64,000 bases of DNA. Source: a bacterium. GTDB lineage: Bacteria > UBA10199 > 2-02-FULL-50-16 > JAJFLM01. The DNA is taken from NCBI GenBank assembly GCA_965216315.1, contig CBDCFN010000016.1:2333982-2397981 (forward strand), written 5' to 3'. This document shows positions 53,083 to 61,651 of the stretch, piece after piece. How positions within the stretch are numbered: the stretch's first letter is position 1; every line of letters begins with the position of its first letter. Made by a program: the position numbers and the translations under genes. The notes beneath the pieces are model-generated. The model worked only from the letters and a program-made list of their open reading frames with translations. It was not told where the DNA came from and made no database searches.

Positions 53083-54462
53083 TCAATTAGCTCCGACCAC
53101 CTGAGGTCCGAAGGAGCCAATGCGAAGTTGCACATGGTCGTCGATCCAATGCTGATCCCAAAATTCAACGGGATTGCTCTGGACACCGTGAATCAGCAAA
53201 GAAAAATGGAGATGATCCCCACCGGCCAAGCCAGTGACACCCGTAAGACCAACTGTCTGTCCTTTTTTGACCATATCCCCTGGCTTTACATCAATTCGGC
53301 TGAGATGGGCGTAGAGCGTGTTGATCCCATAACCATGATCCAGAACGACCGTATTGCCGTATATCCCTAAATAATCCGCGAAAACAACCTTACCCGAATT
53401 GGAGGCCGCTACTGAATCTTGCTTAACGGAGGCAAGATCAAACCCTAAATGAACCTGAGTATCTATCTTTTTGCCCTTGTACAAATAATCCCTAAAATCA
53501 GCGAACTGCGCTTCGACAGCCGTATTTCCCATCTGCAAAAAAGCCTGATCCCAATAGAACTTGGGCTCAGATTTTTGCGCCAGTTTGAGCAAAAAATTCG
53601 CGTTTTCTCGACGCAACTCCCGATTGACGAGCAAATAATTTTTAGCTCGATCCCCCGTATCATTCAGGCTTTCAACACGATCGATGATTTCTTTGACTTT
53701 CGCATCGATAAAACGATCGCTGATATTAATTTTACGTTTGCGGAAATTTTTAGCAAAAAGGCGGGTCGGTCGCAGTGTCGTCTCGGCTTCATTACCTGCC
53801 GCATCACGGGCAATTACTTTAATCTCCGTATCTACAGGGAGCTCGTAAGAAAATACAAAGAAAGCAAAGCGATGTCCGTCATCGTCCGACTTCGAAGGCA
53901 TACGATAGCCTTTAAATAGGTAAGGGCCCACGCGCACACCTGACCAGAACACATCACCCGTAACTTTGTAAGTGAGTACGTCCGCCCCACCCTGATTGAT
54001 GTAGTGATTACTCGAAGTCAAGGTTACTGTCGGCGCCGTAAAGTCTAAAACAAGTGGAACAAGTTTTTTCGCCTTTCGCTTATAGAACGAGCAGTCTCTC
54101 GCCGTAACCATCAGCTCGGCAGCACCCTCTGCAAATCCAGACTGTTGCAAATTGATTGGCATCTCGGCTAAAGCGAGTTCGCGAGAAGGACCACTTGGCA
54201 AGCTCTCTTGAAAAATACCTTTTGATATTTCCCCCTGCTTCAATGCTAGTTCAAGGCTGCAAATACCTTCTTGACTGGCAACCGTTAATTGCAGCGGGGG
54301 CTTAACGCCGACCGGTAGAGGCACTCCCTCTTGTACGGGTCCCGTAAGGGTACTCTTTACATCCAATTCGGGAGCAGAGCCGATCACCGCAAATTTGTTA
54401 AGGCCATAATAGCAGGCAACCAAAACGAGCAAGGCAGGAATGACTCGGGTCATCAAGCGCAT
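53083..54462 (-). CDS. M23 family metallopeptidase
   Basis: HLGFD, YGN.V..DHG, YAHL, HLH. Confidence 0.92.
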   Translation of the reverse strand: MRLMTRVIPALLVLVACYYGLNKFAVIGSAPELDVKSTLTGPVQEGVPLPVGVKPPLQLTVASQEGICSLELALKQGEISKGIFQESLPSGPSRELALAEMPINLQQSGFAEGAAELMVTARDCSFYKRKAKKLVPLVLDFTAPTVTLTSSNHYINQGGADVLTYKVTGDVFWSGVRVGPYLFKGYRMPSKSDDDGHRFAFFVFSYELPVDTEIKVIARDAAGNEAETTLRPTRLFAKNFRKRKINISDRFIDAKVKEIIDRVESLNDTGDRAKNYLLVNRELRRENANFLLKLAQKSEPKFYWDQAFLQMGNTAVEAQFADFRDYLYKGKKIDTQVHLGFDLASVKQDSVAASNSGKVVFADYLGIYGNTVVLDHGYGINTLYAHLSRIDVKPGDMVKKGQTVGLTGVTGLAGGDHLHFSLLIHGVQSNPVEFWDQHWIDDHVQLRIGSFGPQVVGAN

Positions 54463-54503
54463 GCGAATCCACTAACGTGCTCAGCCGAAACTTGCAAGGC
54501 GAA

Positions 54504-55208
54504 TCACCCGCGTTTCGCATATTCATCATTGCGGCGCTCGAATTTTTCGTGAGCCATGAAACCATAAATAATCCCGGCTATCAAACCCACAAGCAGGCCA
54601 AAAAGATGGCTCCGGTAAGAAACCTGCGGTGAAAACTCCGAAGGCACCATCATGACCAGACAAAAACCAATGATGCGCAGCCACCGTTTCCCGCGCGAAA
54701 GATGAACTTCGGCCTTGTAGTAGAGACTGAGCCACAAGCCGAACATGACATAGAGGACCCCGGAAGCCCCTTGCAAGCCGATCTGCGGCGGATAGGTCTT
54801 CAGCGCAATAAATTGCGTGGCGAGCCCCAAGATAAGTGCAGCCAACGGAAACATGCGCCAACTAAAATAATAAGTCAGGAGCCCGCCGAAGGGGACAAAG
54901 AAAAACATATTGCCCAATAAATGCTTGGGATTGGAATGCACGAAAATACTCGATAATAACCGGTACCACTCACCCAAAACGAAAATCTGGTGGGGCCTGC
55001 CGACCAGGGCTCGTTTGATGCTCGGATCGCTCCAGCACAAGATGCTAATGATCGTGGCCACTAAGGCAAAGAGAAGGGCCGGAATAAAGGCCTCGGACTT
55101 GGGAAATTCCGACAAAAAGCTATACGTGCGCGGCGTTTCTTCTTCGCTAGGCCAAGGCGGCTCCATAAGCAGTAGAATCTCCCTCTCGGGCGTTGTAGCC
55201 GTTAACAC
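54504..55208 (-). CDS. Rhomboid intramembrane serine protease
   Basis: H....HL..N, GASG, SH..G; start may be 55166. Confidence 0.88.
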   Translation of the reverse strand: MLTATTPEREILLLMEPPWPSEEETPRTYSFLSEFPKSEAFIPALLFALVATIISILCWSDPSIKRALVGRPHQIFVLGEWYRLLSSIFVHSNPKHLLGNMFFFVPFGGLLTYYFSWRMFPLAALILGLATQFIALKTYPPQIGLQGASGVLYVMFGLWLSLYYKAEVHLSRGKRWLRIIGFCLVMMVPSEFSPQVSYRSHLFGLLVGLIAGIIYGFMAHEKFERRNDEYAKRG

Positions 55209-55255
55209 GAGTTAAGGTCAAATGAGCCCCTGCAAATATTGGCAAAAAGCACTGG

Positions 55256-55282
55256 GCAACTTCGGCCAAAGAATGGCGATGA
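55256..55282 (+). promoter_or_regulatory. Sigma28-like promoter motif
   Basis: GCAACTTC-N11-GGCGATGA; weaker second copy TCACTTTG-N11-TGCGATAG at 55306-55332. Confidence 0.55.
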
Positions 55283-55347
55283 GGACCCTAAGTGAGGCAG
55301 GAGACTCACTTTGATAACCGAGGGTGCGATAGAATAAGGAGTTTGTG

Positions 55348-56130
55348 ATGTATCACTCAATGCCCTTGATGTCCGCCCTGGCGGCCCCGGTCCTGGCGAG
55401 TTCAGCCAACAACCCCTCTTCCCCGTTAATGGCCCATCCGTCATTTCAAGGAGATGGACAACTGGTCCGGCCGACGCAATTGCTGGTCACCATGGTCCCT
55501 GATGACTCAGGTTCTATTAATCACCATGGCAATGCTCCGGCCATCCGCCGCGGACACAATTCTCAGCTCGATACATACAGACAGCACCCAGGAAATATTC
55601 TGGTGCGAAATCGTTACCTTAACGGTACGCTCCTTTATGATTTTTCCAAACCTGAAGATGCCATCCGCATGGATACCCACAACTATAATCCCAACCTGGG
55701 AACACCACTTTACGACGAAACCTATAGAATTCTCTTAGATGTTGAACGGAGTCTGGCGTTATATACCCGCCCTGATCTCGACGTCGTAACGATGACTGCC
55801 ATTATGACCGATGGGCATGATCAGTTCTCTCGGACGCGTCGGCCTGCAGACGTTCGCACGGTGGTCGAACGCATGATCACATCAGAAAATCATATTGTTG
55901 CCGGAATCGGCGTACGTGACGGTTACACCAACTTCGCGCGAGTCTTCGCCGAAATGGGTATTCCTGAGCAATGGATCATCGTCCTGGAACGCGAAGAAGG
56001 CGACATCGTCCGGGGGATGACATCATTCGCTCAGACAACCCGGGGTGTGACCAATCGCCAGACCTTCACTCAGACCTCCATGGGCGGTTTTGGACCGAAC
56101 CCAACGCCGCCGAGTAGCAGCGACACGTAA
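55348..56130 (+). CDS. vWA-like domain protein with low-complexity termini
   Basis: MIDAS-like DDSGS, TPLYD, MTDG; AAGGAG SD. Confidence 0.65.
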   Translation: MYHSMPLMSALAAPVLASSANNPSSPLMAHPSFQGDGQLVRPTQLLVTMVPDDSGSINHHGNAPAIRRGHNSQLDTYRQHPGNILVRNRYLNGTLLYDFSKPEDAIRMDTHNYNPNLGTPLYDETYRILLDVERSLALYTRPDLDVVTMTAIMTDGHDQFSRTRRPADVRTVVERMITSENHIVAGIGVRDGYTNFARVFAEMGIPEQWIIVLEREEGDIVRGMTSFAQTTRGVTNRQTFTQTSMGGFGPNPTPPSSSDT

Positions 56131-56137
56131 AGTCCTG

Positions 56138-57196
56138 CTACTCCTTACGAATGACGTAGTAGTCATTCTGGGGGTCGTGAGCCAACTCCTTGATTTCAAT
56201 CTGCGAAAAGCCCGCGTCCCTTAGCATAGCGCGGGCTTTTTCGCGGCCCCACATCGTGCCCAAACCCATTCCTCCCGCAGCGAGGGAGACCGTCATGCAA
56301 TGCATGCACGAAACCGTATAGAGAAAAGACGCTAAGGGGTGGTCCACGTTCTTCTCGGGATAACTCGAACCCTTGATGTCCTGCATCAAATACACACCGT
56401 CCGGACGTAAGGCTTCACAAATACCTTTGAGAACGAGATCCGGCCTCGCCTGATCGTGGACGGCGTCAAAGGTCGTGATCAGATCAAAACTGTCCGTCAT
56501 CCCGAGATCCGTAACATCCTTCACCTCAAAACGGACATTGCCGAGTCGCTTCGCATCAACCTCGGCTTGCGCGGTCGTGATCGCTTCTTCGGAAAAATCA
56601 TAGCCCTTGAATCGACTCTTTGGAAAATGCGCCGCCATCAAGTTCAATGCTCTTCCACTTCCGCAGCCGACATCAAGCACATCGATGCCCGTCTCGAGTC
56701 GCTCAACAAGTCCCGGTACGAGAGGCAAAATACTATCCAGCAATGCGGGCAACACGGTCTGCCCGCTATCTTCCGCCATCACCTCATGAAAGCGTGGGAA
56801 TTTCTCGTAAGGGACACCACCCCCTTTTTCAAAGCACTCGATAATAAGATCTTCTACACTCCCAAGCAGGGGGACATACTGCATGAAGGCGGCAATATTA
56901 TTCGGCGCCGCCGCGCGGGTTAACGCCGCCGCATGTTCCGCCGGCAAGGCATAGCGCTTCGATTCGGGGTCATAACTGACAATGCCGCCCACGAGCATCG
57001 CGTTGAGCCACTCCCGCACATAACGTTCGTTCAAAACCGCCTGATCCGCCAGTTCGTCGCTCGTCACCGCATCTAACTCGGCCAACTTATCAAAGAGACC
57101 GGTGCGATGCCCAATGGAGATCATGGTTGCAAGAGCTCCGTGGTTTAAGATCCCGACAAGTTCATCAGTAAAGGCCTCAACTTTAGCGTCATCCAT
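56138..57196 (-). CDS. Class I SAM methyltransferase with N-terminal wHTH (Rv2258c-like)
   Basis: ERYVREWL, LDVGCGSG, FDAVHD. Confidence 0.9.
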   Translation of the reverse strand: MDDAKVEAFTDELVGILNHGALATMISIGHRTGLFDKLAELDAVTSDELADQAVLNERYVREWLNAMLVGGIVSYDPESKRYALPAEHAAALTRAAAPNNIAAFMQYVPLLGSVEDLIIECFEKGGGVPYEKFPRFHEVMAEDSGQTVLPALLDSILPLVPGLVERLETGIDVLDVGCGSGRALNLMAAHFPKSRFKGYDFSEEAITTAQAEVDAKRLGNVRFEVKDVTDLGMTDSFDLITTFDAVHDQARPDLVLKGICEALRPDGVYLMQDIKGSSYPEKNVDHPLASFLYTVSCMHCMTVSLAAGGMGLGTMWGREKARAMLRDAGFSQIEIKELAHDPQNDYYVIRKE

Positions 57197-57211
57197 TAAA
57201 GTACCCTCGTC

Positions 57212-59080
57212 TTATTTCCACGACAACCATCGATAGGGCTTTTTAAATCCAGACCCAGTCGAAAGCCACGCATAGAGACCACCTTGACGTTCGTAGGAAA
57301 TAAGGTCGATTTTATCATCTCCATTGACATATCCAAGCTTGTACACGGATGGCTCATAATCATAGCCATTGCTTCCCCACTGCCCTTGATACGAAAACCC
57401 ACTGCCCTGGGACAGCCAAACATGAAACTTATTACCTTTCTCTATCGAAACAATATCCGCCTTATAATCGCCGTTAACATCCCCGATTCTATAGCGCTCA
57501 ATTCCTAAATCAATACCCTTAGAGCCCCATTTTTTAACGGCTTGAAAACCTCCGCTCTCCTTTGCGAGCCATACGTAAAAATTTCCGTTACTTTCAAATG
57601 AGGCCAGATCCGTGCGCCCGTCACCATTGAAATCGCCAATCCGATATCTGTCGGAACCAATATCGGCACCGTTGGAACCCCATTTACCCATGTCCATAAA
57701 ACGGTTGCCCAGAGACAACCAAACATTAAAACTGGCGTTCGGCTTAAATGCTATGACATCACTTTTGCCATCTCCATTAAAATCACCAATTTTATAGCGT
57801 TTAGTCCCGATAGTACTTTCATTTTTTCCCCACCGTTCCCAAGAATCTCCGCTCTGACTGTTGGCCATCCCTAAATCATCATTAGCCATCAGAACATCCA
57901 ATTTTTCTTGCCCCCCATCCTTACGAATATGCAGTAGATCAACCTTGCCATCCCCATTAAAGTCGCCACTTTTATAAGGTTCGGCTTCCCAATTCAGATT
58001 CATGCCCCAGCCGGTTTTAGAAGCATAGGCAAAGGCATTATTGGCAAGTTGCTTGATGCCTCTCTCCGTAACAAAGGGCCTCTTCTTCTTATAATAAACT
58101 TGCTTGGTAGCCTTTGCTTCAACCTGCTTAAACCAGTTATCAAAAACCCATCCATATTTTTTAATTTTTCCTTCAACCCGAAATTCCCCGTGATAACGGC
58201 CTCCAGGAAGATTCGTTTCAGTGTAAATAGAATTATGATGAACTCTCATCCACTTTCCACCAGTCGCAGAAAAACTATTATTGGGGCTACCATGCATATC
58301 GATAGGGTAGCCTTCATGTGGATTTAAGAATACATTATAGGCAAGCTCATAATGCTCGCCAGGCCTTCCTGCACCCGATACCGAATGCCGATTAGCCTTA
58401 AATATGTTGGCGATTGCAATTACACCTGCATCAACAACCTTAATACCATACCCCGAACCAATAACTGTATTGTTATGAATATTATTGTGGTGAACCTTGT
58501 GACCGATGGACTTTCTGAGATCAATCGCTGTCTTATCCCAACCAAAGAATTCATTATTATCGATTTCACTATTCGAAAAACCGGGATTATATACTCCTAT
58601 GGCTCGAATTGGTCCTTTTGTAGTTTCGTTTGGCCCTCTAAAGCGGAGTCCGGTAATCCTTACATCTCGACCTCCAATCTCAAAAAGATGTTGCTCAATA
58701 GCTGGATCCTTATCGGCATAGAGCAATGCACCCCTTGACCCCTTTGCGCCTCTTCCACTGGCAAGCGTTACACCAGCAGGAATAACAATCGGCTTATTAA
58801 ATGCACTCGTAAGATTAATCGACAAAGAATCCTTCACGTAGACAATTTTACCTGGCTGGGCGCGTTTCAGTTTATTTCTGAGTTCGTCAGGACTATTTGT
58901 GGAGACAATATAATCTGCCTTAGCTGGAGAAATAATACGTGAATACTCGGCACCCCCACCAATAGGATCTCCGGTTGGATTTCCTTCGGCCCCATATGTT
59001 CTCAGTACTTGCGCATAGAGCAGGTACGTGTCTGCAAAGAGAACGCATAAAAGAAGGGAGAAACAAATCTTTTTCACCAC
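57212..59080 (-). CDS. Secreted protein: beta-helix plus FG-GAP/VCBS repeats
   Basis: Signal peptide, HHN.IH.N beta-helix turns, repeated GDFNGDG..D. Confidence 0.75.
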   Translation of the reverse strand: MVKKICFSLLLCVLFADTYLLYAQVLRTYGAEGNPTGDPIGGGAEYSRIISPAKADYIVSTNSPDELRNKLKRAQPGKIVYVKDSLSINLTSAFNKPIVIPAGVTLASGRGAKGSRGALLYADKDPAIEQHLFEIGGRDVRITGLRFRGPNETTKGPIRAIGVYNPGFSNSEIDNNEFFGWDKTAIDLRKSIGHKVHHNNIHNNTVIGSGYGIKVVDAGVIAIANIFKANRHSVSGAGRPGEHYELAYNVFLNPHEGYPIDMHGSPNNSFSATGGKWMRVHHNSIYTETNLPGGRYHGEFRVEGKIKKYGWVFDNWFKQVEAKATKQVYYKKKRPFVTERGIKQLANNAFAYASKTGWGMNLNWEAEPYKSGDFNGDGKVDLLHIRKDGGQEKLDVLMANDDLGMANSQSGDSWERWGKNESTIGTKRYKIGDFNGDGKSDVIAFKPNASFNVWLSLGNRFMDMGKWGSNGADIGSDRYRIGDFNGDGRTDLASFESNGNFYVWLAKESGGFQAVKKWGSKGIDLGIERYRIGDVNGDYKADIVSIEKGNKFHVWLSQGSGFSYQGQWGSNGYDYEPSVYKLGYVNGDDKIDLISYERQGGLYAWLSTGSGFKKPYRWLSWK

Positions 59081-59082
59081 TG

Positions 59083-59526
59083 TTACTGCAATCCTATCTT
59101 CGCGCCCCATTCCTGCCATTGCTGGGCGCGGGGGAAATAGACAATGAAATAAAAGAGTGACAGGCCCAGGAAGATATAGAAATCGTTAATTTCTCGACCA
59201 AGAAAATACAACACAAAGCCGAACAAGACGACCGACTCGCAGAGTGCCAGGCTCACCACGGTGGCCGATTGCAAAGAGAGCACGTTTGATGCTCTTGCCA
59301 GCAAGATATGACGCAGGAAGCGAATCAAAAAGAAGATCCCAATAGAAAGGCCGATGAAGAGATAGCGAAACAACACCATGTCCGGCGGTGCCTCCGGAGC
59401 TGGGGCATTTTTAAGGTAGTGAACGATAAACGTATAAACCCCCAGCGAGGCCAGCAACGCGAATCCAATGATCCGCATGCGCTGGAAAGTCGCCTTCAGT
59501 TCACCCCGCATCTCTCCTGTAGACAT
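59083..59526 (-). CDS. Hypothetical membrane protein
   Basis: Four hydrophobic segments. Confidence 0.7.
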   Translation of the reverse strand: MSTGEMRGELKATFQRMRIIGFALLASLGVYTFIVHYLKNAPAPEAPPDMVLFRYLFIGLSIGIFFLIRFLRHILLARASNVLSLQSATVVSLALCESVVLFGFVLYFLGREINDFYIFLGLSLFYFIVYFPRAQQWQEWGAKIGLQ

Positions 59527-59571
59527 GAATTCTCACTACAGGAAATCAGCTCCCTTGTAAAAGCTAAAAAC

Positions 59572-60066
59572 TTACGTAGAGCTGTGTTGATAGATCAGCG
59601 TACACACACTGTCGTCCGAACTGTCATTGCAAAAAACATCGAGATCACCGAGCTGGGCCGCGTTTTCAGTATTACGCGTGTTGGCATCATCGACATCTTC
59701 TTGCGTAGTCATCAAGATCGCCGCACATTCCAGTTCAGAAACCGTCGCAAAAGTTTGTCCCTCTATTTCTTTGGCTTCAGCCGCAATTTCATCGCCTGCA
59801 ATGTAACTGCTGTTTTCGTCAACCTCATTGACCGTCAATACTAAATCACTGCCGGTTTGCGTCACGGTGAAAACATAAATCCCTTCCGAAGGGTCACAGT
59901 CCTCAGTACGTAACACGTACGTCCCTGAAAAAACCGTTCCATCACCCGGATCAACGGAGGCACTGTCACCGGCCGTTGTTGGTCCTGTCGTTGTTCCACA
60001 TGCATTGATGACAAGAGAAATAACCAGAACACTCAATAAAACGGCATAACGCGATAAACTTTTCAT
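59572..60066 (-). CDS. Putative lipoprotein
   Basis: Lipobox INAC; AGGAG SD. Confidence 0.7.
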   Translation of the reverse strand: MKSLSRYAVLLSVLVISLVINACGTTTGPTTAGDSASVDPGDGTVFSGTYVLRTEDCDPSEGIYVFTVTQTGSDLVLTVNEVDENSSYIAGDEIAAEAKEIEGQTFATVSELECAAILMTTQEDVDDANTRNTENAAQLGDLDVFCNDSSDDSVCTLIYQHSST

Positions 60067-60213
60067 GAATAGTCTCCTTTTTGTTGAAAGACCATCTCAC
60101 CTGTCTGGGTTAGCTAAATCAAGTTCACTTTTTTGCCATGACGATTTTCAGTGTACACTTGAACACAGCCATCAGCGATTTTGATTTAGATCCAAGCACA
60201 TAGTCCGGTATTT

Positions 60214-60819
60214 TCAGGTGTGTGACGGAGCGCGGAACAGCCCAATAAATTTTCGAAACACCCAGCGAAAAGTCCGGAATATCTTCGGAAGGAAAAATAA
60301 AAAGGCGACAAAAAAGAGCGCAATGATCATGAGCATCAAGAGCGGTAGATAAAAAATTAGAAAAACTCCTAACAGGATCAGCGTATCCTGTCCCAATGAC
60401 AACAGCCAATTAGAGATCGGTTCCGGGCTCATATTCGCCAAGGCCCGGACCGTTGACTTGCTCGCATGCGCGGAAAAAGCGACGGTTCCACCCAGAAGCA
60501 CGGCACCAACTTTTAACTCGGGGGAGACATCCCCGACCGACGCATAAGCCAGGACGGCCCCGGTGGGAACGCGAATAAAGGTCTGGATGCTGTCCCAAAA
60601 CGAATCAAAGGCAGGCACCTTGTCAGCAACAAATTCTACAACAAAAAGGGCCAAGGCGATCCCGAAAATAGTGGGATTTTCTAGCACCTTTAGACCTTCC
60701 GGCAAATCCAACCAACCCAGGCGGCCAAACAAACCTAAAAAGCCCACCGTGGCGTAGGCACTGAAACCGCTCAGGAAACTGCTCCCAAACATCGCACTTA
60801 ATGTCGCGATAAGGCCCAT
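60214..60819 (-). CDS. DUF4126 membrane protein
   Basis: EFVADKVP..DS.WD...TFIRVP.GA, SPEP.SN. Confidence 0.85.
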   Translation of the reverse strand: MGLIATLSAMFGSSFLSGFSAYATVGFLGLFGRLGWLDLPEGLKVLENPTIFGIALALFVVEFVADKVPAFDSFWDSIQTFIRVPTGAVLAYASVGDVSPELKVGAVLLGGTVAFSAHASKSTVRALANMSPEPISNWLLSLGQDTLILLGVFLIFYLPLLMLMIIALFFVAFLFFLPKIFRTFRWVFRKFIGLFRAPSHT

Positions 60820-60932
60820 GACATTTACTATAGATAAATTGGGCTGCCCTGTGAAGCGCTGTTTCATTCTGCATGTGGCTTGTGTTTTTCTGAATATCGT
60901 TATAAGAGCCAATTCAACGGAGGAATTATACC

Positions 60933-61193
60933 ATGAGTACCGATGATCAATTCGACAAACTTGTCAATGCACTCAAACAACAACGCGATGAGCTTAAGTT
61001 AAAGCTCAAGCTGGGCAGTGCCGAGGTCAAAGAGCAATGGGAAGAGCTGGAGCATAAGCTCGACAAATTGACCAACAAAGCCGACCGTGCGGGCATAATC
61101 GCCGAACATACCGGGGAGCAACTCATCGAGGCCACTAAACTCGCCGCCGATGAGATTCGCAAGGGTTATGAGCGGATTCGCAAGATGCTCTAA
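60933..61193 (+). CDS. Small coiled-coil hypothetical protein
   Basis: GGAGG SD; RDEL.LK..LG..E....W..LE. Confidence 0.75.
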   Translation: MSTDDQFDKLVNALKQQRDELKLKLKLGSAEVKEQWEELEHKLDKLTNKADRAGIIAEHTGEQLIEATKLAADEIRKGYERIRKML

Positions 61194-61211
61194 GTCATCA
61201 TATACAACGGT

Positions 61212-61622
61212 TTAGTTTGCTTCGTCACTGCTATCATCACCGCCGTGAGCATGCGGACAACTGCTTTTTTTGCCATGGCCAGCCTTAGCGCAATATGGGC
61301 AACTACCGCAGGCCTTGCCCGGTTCACTGCCACAGTCCGAGCAGTCGCTCTTGGCGCAGATACAACTAGAAGAGTAAGCTTCACAACCTTTGTGATGGCC
61401 TCGATGCCCCTTATGCATCATGTATTTCGGAGCACAGAATGCTAACATGGTAACGACAATCAATAAGGCATGCCACAACTTGGCCGCCTTAAAGTTGGTC
61501 ACACTCACAATAACTTTATTCCAACTTAAATATAATAATACAGATGCAACCAGCACCCAACCTAGCACAGCTAATCCAAGCATTATTGGACAACCACCAC
61601 TCGCAAGATAACAACTAAACAT
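61212..61622 (-). CDS. Membrane protein with Cys/His-rich C-terminal tail
   Basis: AGGAGG SD; two TM segments, then His-rich and multiple CxC/CxxC motifs. Confidence 0.7.
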   Translation of the reverse strand: MFSCYLASGGCPIMLGLAVLGWVLVASVLLYLSWNKVIVSVTNFKAAKLWHALLIVVTMLAFCAPKYMMHKGHRGHHKGCEAYSSSCICAKSDCSDCGSEPGKACGSCPYCAKAGHGKKSSCPHAHGGDDSSDEAN

Positions 61623-61651
61623 AGGATTCCTCCTTTTTGGTTTATAAAACT

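Noticed and set aside
54504..55208. Rhomboid as the dedicated sorting enzyme for the polyprotein
   Set aside because: It lies 31 kb away and looks like a generic rhomboid. Rhombosortase substrates are GlyGly-CTERM tails without the Cys seen here. There is no supporting evidence.
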